Origin: an uncultured virus (IMG/VR IMGVR_UViG_3300012956_000003)
Taxonomy: Duplodnaviria > Heunggongvirae > Uroviricota > Caudoviricetes
Reading direction: 5' to 3' (one strand)
Virus record (IMG/VR): IMGVR_UViG_3300012956_000003
Location: 49,035-69,034 of that record
DNA length: 20,000 nt
Below the pieces are notes generated by a model that was not told the DNA's origin, did not search any database, and saw only the letters and a program-made list of their open reading frames with translations. Shown in pieces: positions 9,201 through 15,111 of this stretch; position 1 is the first letter of the stretch; each line of letters begins with the position of its first letter. The position numbers and the translations under genes were made by a program.

Positions 9201-12200
9201 CTCCCTGCTCGGCCAGGGCTGCGTGCGCCCTGCGCTGGATGGAGCCGCGCTCCGTGTGAACCATCAGCCGGTCGACCGTGTCTTCACGCGAACGGTCAGT
9301 GGGCTTCTTCGTTTCGTCGATCGAAGTAATCTTCGGGTTCCATGCTCCGAGAACGTGCCCCCGTTCGAGTTCGTAGAGCAGGGCGGGCGTTCCGTCCGGG
9401 TTGGCCACGATGAGCACGCCTGTCCTCTTCCCGCTACCCGGAACCCACTTAGTCAGGGTCTTCTTGTCGAGCCCCTCGACCTTCTTCCCTGCTTCGATCC
9501 CGACTCTCTGGGCGGCTGTCTTGCCACGGTCGATGACTCCGGCGGGGCCGGTCCTGGCATCGGCCACGTTCAGCCACCAATCGCCCGGCGCCATGTCCCG
9601 CTGGAGATCCCCGGTTGCCGTCCGCATCGAGAACTTGGGTTCAGAGGCGGGCTTGATCCCAGTCCTCTCGATGGTCTCCGCAAGTCGCTGCCGCCTAGCC
9701 GCCAGTTCAGCCCTCACCCCGTCGAGTCCACTGCGTAATCTGGTTGCCTCGGCCACCCCATCCAGATCCAGGGGAAGTTTCTTGATGCGCGCCTCCATGC
9801 GCGCCTCGTATTCCTTGGCAGTTTTCTCCACCTTGGCCAAGGACTTCTCGGCGTCCGCAACCGCTGGATCACTGGCGTTGTACCGGGTCTTCCTGAGTTC
9901 CGTCAGTCGATCCTGCCATGTCGGAGCTGGCGCACGCAACTCGTTGATACGCCCAGCCGCTTCCTTCTCTGCGGTCAGACGTTCGGCCTTTTGTTTCTCC
10001 CATTCCTGGGTATCCGACTTGCGCTGTTCGTCTGCCTGCCTCTCGGCTTCCTCCCACTTCTTGACATCAGCATCTTGCTGGGCCTCGGCAGCGGATCTCA
10101 GATCTTCCGGGCTCCCCGGCACCGGAGGCGGCGGAGCAGGTTCAGGCCCAGCAGGCTTCTTCATCAGCCCACGAAGCTCTTCCAGTTCCTTATGGATCGT
10201 CTCGGCTTTTTCCTTGAGTTCCCGGGCCTCCAGTTTCCCGACGTTCGTCGACTGATCCACGGCTGCAATCTGTTTATCGAGGTCAGCCAGTTGTTTGGCC
10301 GCTGTCTCCTCGTGCTGCTTCATCTGCTCGGCGGCATCCGCCTGCACCCGATGAAGGTCACGCTCGGACTGGTCGAGGGCCTCAGCTACCGGCTTCATGT
10401 CCGCGACCGGCGTCTTCGCCTTGTCCATCTCGGCGTACTGCTTCTTCAGAGCAGCGTTCTGGGTGGCTACCTCGCGCAGCTTGCCCACCGCATCCACGGG
10501 GGCTGGGGCCGGGGGTGCCTCGGCTGCGGGCTCCTTGCCTCGGGCGATCTCCTCCGCCGTGTACAGCGGGTTCGGTGGCTTCGCCCCAGTCATATCGAAC
10601 CTGCCCTCGGCGATGTCCCGCGCCACGTCAGCGGCAGACTTCTTCCCGGTAAGCAGGAACTTCGCGGTCTCGAACCACTGGTTCCGACGAGCCTTGGCCA
10701 CCTGTTCCGGCGAGCCAAGGATCATGGTGTCCGTATAGAGGCGGCCCAGCCCACGGTCCTTGATCTCGGCCATCGCTTCCCGGTCGCCCTTCTTCGCCTT
10801 CTCGAAGACATCGAGGATGTTCGGCATTGGACCGTTCTTGATTCTGTAGATCTGCTCGATCGACTGCTCGTAGCTACTCGACGTTCCGAGCGTCCGCTCC
10901 ACCAGTTCCGGGAAGGCCTCGATCCCCTTGGCTGCCTTGTCTAGGCGTCCGATCTGGTCGGCAATGTTCTTCTGCGCCTCGGGCGGGGCTGTCGCCTGCC
11001 GTTCCACGAGTTCGGCCCTGAGCTTCGCGATGCTCGCCGTGTCTTGGATCGCCCCGTGTTCCAGCCCGAGTTCCTTCTCGATGTCCCGGAGTGAGCCAGT
11101 GAGTGCGCCCATGTCCGTCAGGAGGTGGGTCTGCTCGTGCTTGATCAGGCCCATGTCCGTCTTGGCCACGAGGTGGATCGTCGGGGGCGCTCCTGCCGCA
11201 GGCGGGGTGATCCAAGCGTCGTGCGCCTTCTTCTCCCCGGTGGCCGGGTCGACTTCAACCTTGACGTCCTCGGGCTTGACGAACTTGACGCGAGCCAGGT
11301 CGAGGCTATTGCCCTGCCGGATTCCATAGAGTCCGTCGCCGTGGTCGACAACCCGCTTCCCGATGAAGGCTTCCTTTACGAAGTCCTTCTGAATCTTCGC
11401 GTCCGTCAGGTCGTACGCTGGCATCCGGGTCCGCTGCCGGTACTGGGCAATCCCAGGCTTGGTTCGCCAAGCTTCGCCACTGAGGCGCCCGCCCCTGTGG
11501 ATGTCCGGCAGGGAGATATCCCCTCTGGACTGCCCAAGTTGGTGCTTGGCCATCATGAACAGCATCGCCGCGCTCGTGATGTCCGGGAGGATCTCCTGGA
11601 GTTTCTTCTGGTCACCTGTCCGGAAGAACTCCTCGCCACCCTGCGTGATCCGGTCGAAGTTCTGCGGTAGTTCCTTTGCCATCTGGTACGTGTAGTACGC
11701 ACCCACCGCCCGGTGCATCAACGGCTCGTTGACCACGGTCTTCGCCGCTGTGCCCAGGATATCTGCCTTGATACGCTTGGTCGTCGCCGTGCGTGCCGGG
11801 CTATCCCACCAGCCCTTTCCGGGGATCAGCCCTGGGTTCACGTCAGAAGTCAAGAGGTTTCTGATCCCACCCCAGGCGCCCTCGACAGCTTCTGGCGTTT
11901 CAAGTCCCGCTTGCTTCACAGCAGACGAGGTCGCCGCATCCTTCAGGGTCTTCGCCTCGGCGAGAGCAGCGTTGTGTTCCGCACCAGCCCTTGCCGCCCC
12001 TTCGCGCCACCGCTGGGCCACGCTCGTCTCACCGAGCCCGGTGATCGAACTGACCTCGCCGCCACGTTTGGCTGCCTTGACGATGGCACCCGGCGCTTTC
12101 ATCAGGGCCAAGTTCGTTGGCGTGATGAGTGCCTCGGCCAGCCCCGCTCCCGCTTGGTGCGCTGTGTTGATTCCCTCAGCGACGTTCTCCACCACCTTGG

Positions 12201-13191
12201 CTCCGGTATCGAATATCTTGGCCTGCCGCATCGTCCGGGCGTGTGTGTCCGGCAACTTATACGGGGCGGTCTCACCCGTCCGCTTCGCCTCCGCCCGCTG
12301 CCGTTCGATGTCCTCCGCGAAGTCGGCGTTGATCCCCTGCCGAACCTTACCTATGCCCTCTCTGGCCAACTCCACACCGTAGTCGCCGATAGCTTTCGTA
12401 GCCTCGACGGCTCGCGGAGTAAAGAGCGTTTCGCCGTACTCGTAGAGGGCTTTCGGAAGTGAGCCAGAGGCTACCGCGAACTTCTTGCCGGCCTGATACA
12501 GGCGTCCCGGCATGGTCTGCTTCACGGCTGCGTCGATGAACCCACCGGGGGTTGTCGGCTTCTCGTCGATGGTCCCACTCAGGGAGTTCGCCACCCCTTG
12601 GAGTTCTTCAAGACTTGGGAACTTCACCCTCTTCTCGGACGGGTCTTCGAGGCCCCGGGCGAGGATTGGGTTCGCTCGGCCACCGATGGCCGTGCTGAGT
12701 CGAGGACTCTGAACACCGAGGAATCCGCCCTTCTCGATCCACGGTTCGTCTTCTCTGGGCAGAGTGAGTCCTGCCTCGCGCTCGTCAAGGTGGGCTACCT
12801 GCTGGTCAGCCTTGGCACCGATGGCACCGCCACGGTACTCGGGCGTGCTAGGCAGGTGCCTCTTGGCTTCCTGCGCTACGGCTCCGTACTTCCGGACAGC
12901 CTTCTCCAACACGTCCTGATCCGGCACTTTGAGTGGGGCCCCACCCCACTCCTCCTCAACCGGCTTGACGTTCGTGGCCCGAGGGATCGAGAGCCCCTTG
13001 TTCTTGTCCTTGCCGGGGCCCTCGGTCAGATACCACTGGCGAGCGGTTCCCTTGGAACGCATCGCTTCCGGGGGAACCCGGATAGGCTCCGTCAGGCTGG
13101 GGTCCAGTTTGCTGAAATCAACCAAGGCCCCTTGGTTCGTGTCGACCAGGACATCATCCTCGTCAGTCAGGGAACCCCAGTACTTGGGCAT
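3271..13191 (-). CDS. giant polyvalent protein / internal virion (ejection) protein, 3306 aa: HExxH metallopeptidase, coiled coil, unknown module, EEIQSDWHQ module, ART-PolyVal ADP-ribosyltransferase, LPD38-like C-terminus
   Basis: Uninterrupted 9.9-kb ORF with GGAG RBS, starting 3 nt after the upstream TAA. HEQTH at 11125-11139. TPEFKKWFGDSKVVDKDGKPLVVYHGT...GHDGVVY...YIAFDPAQIKSATGNRGTFD (about 6394-7077) is the typical ART-PolyVal signature. ARENTTNF...NRFLPFLNAGLQ...NTDPFYGGKI (about 3850-4600) resembles LPD38-region sequences. Confidence 0.9.
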   Translation of the reverse strand: MPKYWGSLTDEDDVLVDTNQGALVDFSKLDPSLTEPIRVPPEAMRSKGTARQWYLTEGPGKDKNKGLSIPRATNVKPVEEEWGGAPLKVPDQDVLEKAVRKYGAVAQEAKRHLPSTPEYRGGAIGAKADQQVAHLDEREAGLTLPREDEPWIEKGGFLGVQSPRLSTAIGGRANPILARGLEDPSEKRVKFPSLEELQGVANSLSGTIDEKPTTPGGFIDAAVKQTMPGRLYQAGKKFAVASGSLPKALYEYGETLFTPRAVEATKAIGDYGVELAREGIGKVRQGINADFAEDIERQRAEAKRTGETAPYKLPDTHARTMRQAKIFDTGAKVVENVAEGINTAHQAGAGLAEALITPTNLALMKAPGAIVKAAKRGGEVSSITGLGETSVAQRWREGAARAGAEHNAALAEAKTLKDAATSSAVKQAGLETPEAVEGAWGGIRNLLTSDVNPGLIPGKGWWDSPARTATTKRIKADILGTAAKTVVNEPLMHRAVGAYYTYQMAKELPQNFDRITQGGEEFFRTGDQKKLQEILPDITSAAMLFMMAKHQLGQSRGDISLPDIHRGGRLSGEAWRTKPGIAQYRQRTRMPAYDLTDAKIQKDFVKEAFIGKRVVDHGDGLYGIRQGNSLDLARVKFVKPEDVKVEVDPATGEKKAHDAWITPPAAGAPPTIHLVAKTDMGLIKHEQTHLLTDMGALTGSLRDIEKELGLEHGAIQDTASIAKLRAELVERQATAPPEAQKNIADQIGRLDKAAKGIEAFPELVERTLGTSSSYEQSIEQIYRIKNGPMPNILDVFEKAKKGDREAMAEIKDRGLGRLYTDTMILGSPEQVAKARRNQWFETAKFLLTGKKSAADVARDIAEGRFDMTGAKPPNPLYTAEEIARGKEPAAEAPPAPAPVDAVGKLREVATQNAALKKQYAEMDKAKTPVADMKPVAEALDQSERDLHRVQADAAEQMKQHEETAAKQLADLDKQIAAVDQSTNVGKLEARELKEKAETIHKELEELRGLMKKPAGPEPAPPPPVPGSPEDLRSAAEAQQDADVKKWEEAERQADEQRKSDTQEWEKQKAERLTAEKEAAGRINELRAPAPTWQDRLTELRKTRYNASDPAVADAEKSLAKVEKTAKEYEARMEARIKKLPLDLDGVAEATRLRSGLDGVRAELAARRQRLAETIERTGIKPASEPKFSMRTATGDLQRDMAPGDWWLNVADARTGPAGVIDRGKTAAQRVGIEAGKKVEGLDKKTLTKWVPGSGKRTGVLIVANPDGTPALLYELERGHVLGAWNPKITSIDETKKPTDRSREDTVDRLMVHTERGSIQRRAHAALAEQGVRRNLPHGSFTYYGRRNVDLFTPDQKSMELFRKWARKPADLVGKVTYQEGDSRAGRDLTLAEIKKGFNDLFAEQNAHSPESFAIHMAEMDRVRHQYGIDPSGKTALRYAGEEFAPTREAPDGGEGYSWDGLRPGGEGVQDGRAGGERAGSAGVEGAQPVQDVVGAPKYSSRGAEGVEKEAPVYYSKLRREIEAGQGKWRTGELLRALKAKGVKPEEMEWSRIEDLLKGKESVTKQEILDHLDQNEVKVEEKIKGGVPEWEPDGPNHWVAKFGHGRWAQIEKKKDTYIFSDPARGQNKRFHSLEEAQAYVLTHVDKHGLSVGGTKYENYTLPGGKNYRELLLTLPDATVPERKRLEEERTAQKEMFRQAERYGREHPEHADRMSEIRTEASDKLRELENQLAALENKGHGFQSQHFSEPNVLAHVRLNERTGPNGERILHVEEIQSDWHQKGRKQGYATGPTDTTGWVANVVRPKSPITGLPEYEVRDSVGNVVSTERSANSPAEAIRLASGFKDRDAVPDAPFKKTWPELALKRIVRWAADNGFDKVTWATGATQAERYDLSKQVSEVTYLRDERTGKYSVSVADLSGRNIASQTLAESALPDFLGKEVAEKIVRGDGFPAGDRHMSGAKTLSGLDLKVGGEGMKGFYDAMLPTKVQDLAKKLDPSMKVGMSKIDTGEGLVDVHSIDLTPKAREVAKQGLPLFASRQAETPEFKKWFGDSKVVDKDGKPLVVYHGTTAPEDFGKFATGRRVADDRVGSGPDPTTYLGSHFAAEPNVAGKFASGLYGERSGVPENGRVYGAWLKIRKPYESSDSAMRDEMMRGEYNAPVIEDVLYRRGDEDGARYSEDSDFRKQVNEEALELERTADSGDGAPWYELAEEMADSFKRRLVKAGHDGVVYQNEVEGGTSYIAFDPAQIKSATGNRGTFDPENPDIRFASRAAQLPPHLQAMADDLQRRRGIPGPRKRADLGEATRVTDALFDETWEMAEIERKTGWRERGYDKFPIGTNPDLIYKDEWDSPVLVAKDAKSAGTENLFIKGVGSGGSKVKLSNGQEVEVGPIILNRQTGKFEFATYVNSQGQTEYVSSLKSILSGMGKDKANRLNDFRQFQHALDLDAAGVEHGTGYTRAEMQAFVDAVRNDPRQADIVKKSEQLTAYFNSLGDYAVSKGAIDAGVWAALKKRWPHFSPMERLFEQETGGDGAGNKAGTGSPLRNIKGSKRPVVDEIWQAIDRTHRWISQVDRNMAAANLWRMQNSIEGALGGIAEPAKKKHTPLAPAQGLTPEGEIVTRRAKAQGKTLSVDEANQLGVLIEPRHDFDKSTSVVSVVVDGKVKELKVDGVVRDFLTALNRVPDAPSNSKTVRALTALATHPTSFLKWMVTGMPAFQMAQMVRDPATGTMQTRGTGGLARRVLAQPFTGRILPLVEIARDAGRAIGSAFGKAPSIDEARFQAMYQRSAGMFSNMSAHDFETKEAVFDQIRESIAHGTKAGGVIHYLKPGQLKWGHFLDNWLEIIEKGKAPFESATRKAVARQTLKAGRNDLVAGTYARENTTNFATFGSAKWIRDANRFLPFLNAGLQSSRKFYLTMTGYDPISGKRNPKAAAEVMAKAFLWQTVPTMILWALNKGDDTIEEQRKGKNGLYYNYIRTPNIPELPEAIRGKVVAQPKAFTWSTVFSTIPEAMLDALYEEKPEYLEENLIKPVRAMFNKDPHVYDAQKEVDYKPLGRVAKGLGNELKAGGLSPWINAYLGLKFNTDPFYGGKIEMEYQRKMDAPLRQGYRTGQLSKDLSQGMFSAAEKIDDTKAAEALGTNVKGAVPGPDQIAFLANQVGLRDFYNLADRAYSEGTKREMPKGEYHPAQDLLGRRRFFPPENRGTGFASETFSEIAEKAETAVSSKKQLKRTDPLMLREYIEKRDIGFATAITKLKAKIDDLQQKRAKISQMMTKDPAERKRILDDLTNQIRGFQRRVIILTNDREKKREPK
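6389..7096. repeat. 12-bp direct repeat CGGGAGGCGAAC (6389-6400 and 7085-7096) bracketing the ART domain; 10/12 copy at 8690-8701
   Basis: Read directly. The copies are 696 bp (232 codons) apart and both encode FASR on the - strand. The third copy, CGGGAGGAGTAC, encodes YSSR. Confidence 0.8.
8673..8840 (-). CDS. nested alternative-frame small ORF (55 aa, MAEKDIPGMVYDPEAKGYRTDEPVASEQEVQEWRARSPYKMSWERPSTPPEGPKA); candidate immunity/antitoxin protein
   Basis: GAGGGAGG RBS 6 nt before ATG. By hand count 46/55 codons end in G/C in this frame, versus about 28/56 in the host frame over the same bases, which encodes a G/E/R-rich linker. Confidence 0.6.
   Translation of the reverse strand: MAEKDIPGMVYDPEAKGYRTDEPVASEQEVQEWRARSPYKMSWERPSTPPEGPKA
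8847..8909 (-). promoter_or_regulatory. candidate internal sigma70-like promoter (TAGACC-N18-TACGAT) and RBS (GAGGGAGG) for the nested ORF
   Basis: On the - strand: -35-like TAGACC at 8909-8904, -10-like TACGAT at 8885-8880 (each 4/6 of consensus), RBS at 8854-8847. It lies in a local AT-richer patch (8881-8940: 28/60 GC). Confidence 0.35.
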
Positions 13192-13194
13192 CGG

Positions 13195-14610
13195 TTACTC
13201 CATCACAAGGACTTGTTGGCCGGTGTTTTTTGCGGCGGGATCTTGTGGCGCAGGCGCCCCCCCGCTTCCTTGCCGTGCCTTCCGGGCCGCCTTCAGTTCG
13301 TCGGCCTTCTTGATCGTAGCTTCGGTCAGCATGTCAACACCCTTAGCCCCAGACGATACGAGGAAATCCACGTCGTTGGCGTAGGCTGCCTGCACCAGCC
13401 GACTAGCGGCTGGGATGTCATTCGTGAGATCGGCGCGCAGACGGATCGCTTCTTTACCGGCATCGATGCCCATCTGCTTGAGGGTGGCCTGGTTCCTGAA
13501 TCGCTGGGCCTCGTTCGTTGCCCTGTTCGCTTGGGTATCTTCGGCTCTCCCGGTAAGAGCGTTCTGCGTGAGCTTCGTCCGGTAGGTTTGCGCATCGTAC
13601 GTAGGAATCCGTTCCTTGCGCGTGACCCCCTCCATCGGCGAGTCTTCGTACGTGTAGTAGGGGTCGTCGGTCGAGCCCTTCCGTATCTGGTGGAGAACCG
13701 TCTCTCCCCCGGGCAACTCTCCGTAGCGAATTTCGGTTTCAACGGACTTCGGGTCCAGCGGGAGTTGCTTGATCTCCCCGTCGATCGAGTAGTAGCCACC
13801 GTCGAGGTTCCGGACATCGTGCTTCGGTGTGCGCTGCGACTTGAACGCCGTGTCGTACTTGTCCATCGCCGCCCGGTACTTGTTGCTCTTCATGTTTCCG
13901 ATCAGGTTCAGCGCGCTCCCGTACTGCGGGAACATCGCCGCAAGAAGCACACTCCACCACTTCCCGGCGGAGTCGGAGAAGGAGCCGAGTTCTTTCTGGG
14001 CCGTCTTGACCTCATTCCACGAGTCGACGAGGTCACCGCCACCGAGTGTGGCGAAGGAGTCCTTCGTGACGTTGGATACGTCGGCAACCTGCGGCTCCTC
14101 CTTGATGATGTTGTCCAGCGGTGCGAGAGAGCCAAGATCGAACGTCGAGGAGAGGTCGGGGTTGGGAGACTTCTCGTGGTAGGAGGTCGCCTGCGAGAGG
14201 AGCCTATTGATGGACGGCTCGCCACCCTCAAGGTTGGTAGGCTGGGCGTTCCCCCTCATCGGAAGGATGGCACCCGGACGCATCCGAGCGATCGGCGGGT
14301 TGGACTGTGGCCTTGGCGGGAGAGTGGCCGAGTCCATCTTGGAATTCTGCGGGCCTGCGTCCATGGGGTCAGGAGGCCCCATCGGTTCGGGCGGGGCGAT
14401 CGACTCGGGGCGCACCGAGGGCGGAGGCGCAGCCTCGGCGGTCTGGCCCAGTCGACCAGCGACATCGCTGAACCCACCGCCGATTGCATTTGCGATAGAA
14501 CCAGCCGTGTCCTTGCCTATACGCGCCGCACTCTCACCGGCTCCCTGCAACGAGGCGAGAGCCTGCTCAAGCAAGCTACGCTTCCGACGTTCCTCTTCTG
14601 GTGTCGGCAT
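13195..14610 (-). CDS. putative internal virion / DNA ejection protein (471 aa)
   Basis: GAGGTGA RBS then ATG at 14610 (GTG at 14613 is the alternative start). Pro-rich disordered N-half, hydrophobic segment WWSVLLAAMFPQYGSALNLIG, helical C-terminus. Lies directly upstream of the giant gene, as in podophage ejection modules; function inferred from position and composition. Confidence 0.65.
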   Translation of the reverse strand: MPTPEEERRKRSLLEQALASLQGAGESAARIGKDTAGSIANAIGGGFSDVAGRLGQTAEAAPPPSVRPESIAPPEPMGPPDPMDAGPQNSKMDSATLPPRPQSNPPIARMRPGAILPMRGNAQPTNLEGGEPSINRLLSQATSYHEKSPNPDLSSTFDLGSLAPLDNIIKEEPQVADVSNVTKDSFATLGGGDLVDSWNEVKTAQKELGSFSDSAGKWWSVLLAAMFPQYGSALNLIGNMKSNKYRAAMDKYDTAFKSQRTPKHDVRNLDGGYYSIDGEIKQLPLDPKSVETEIRYGELPGGETVLHQIRKGSTDDPYYTYEDSPMEGVTRKERIPTYDAQTYRTKLTQNALTGRAEDTQANRATNEAQRFRNQATLKQMGIDAGKEAIRLRADLTNDIPAASRLVQAAYANDVDFLVSSGAKGVDMLTEATIKKADELKAARKARQGSGGAPAPQDPAAKNTGQQVLVME

Positions 14611-14619
14611 CACATCACC

Positions 14620-15111
14620 TCACGCGCCGTAGAGCGAGGCAAGGACCTCGATCATCCACGAGTTGTCCTGGATCTTCGGCTGTTCTTGCTTCCCGAAATC
14701 CATCGGCTTGTTCATCTCGGCACCCGCCTTCTGGATGTTCTGCTGCGTCATGTCCGTGCTCTGCTGCGCCGCTGGTGCTGGTCCCGGTGCCATCGGCGGC
14801 TGCACGTTGTTCCCGAACACCGACTGCCCGACCTGATTCAGTTTGTCCTGATACCCGGAACCGTACTGCCCTGGGTCCTCCGGCGGACCCGTGAAACTGG
14901 GTGAGCCAGGAGGAGAAGGTGGGCCCATCTCGTCCTGCGTCCCGGTTGTCTTCGGCCTGTTCCCTGCATCGATCGCTCGGCCCAAGGCACCGTAGTCCTG
15001 CTCGTACCCGTTCTTGTACTGAAGGTTGCCCGCGTCTCCGAGGAGGTTCCCCCAGTCGGTTCCGCCCGAGGAGGACGTGTACCGCTGGCTGAGGTCATCC
15101 CAGAAGCTCAT
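14620..15111 (-). CDS. low-complexity G/P/Q-rich putative virion protein (163 aa)
   Basis: ATGA overlap with the upstream stop (15108-15111), GGAGGA RBS, GC3-rich codons. Amphipathic C-terminus SWMIEVLASLYGA. Confidence 0.7.
   Translation of the reverse strand: MSFWDDLSQRYTSSSGGTDWGNLLGDAGNLQYKNGYEQDYGALGRAIDAGNRPKTTGTQDEMGPPSPPGSPSFTGPPEDPGQYGSGYQDKLNQVGQSVFGNNVQPPMAPGPAPAAQQSTDMTQQNIQKAGAEMNKPMDFGKQEQPKIQDNSWMIEVLASLYGA

Noticed and set aside
9340..9375. ERGHVLG as a DRGH-type (His-Me finger) nuclease motif
   Set aside because: The expected downstream Asn-containing motif is not evident; too short to support a call.
6017..11351. Other same-strand alternative-frame ORFs inside the giant gene (e.g. 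6744-7010, 8189-8428, 9869-10057, 10874-11215)
   Set aside because: Unlike 8673-8840 they give R/P/G-rich frameshift-type translations over conserved or coiled-coil host sequence, and I noticed no convincing RBS; not exhaustively scored.
12598..14904. 768-aa + strand ORF
   Set aside because: Antisense shadow spanning three well-supported - strand genes; L/R/V/G-rich composition typical of reverse-frame ORFs in GC3-biased DNA; no RBS or motifs noticed.
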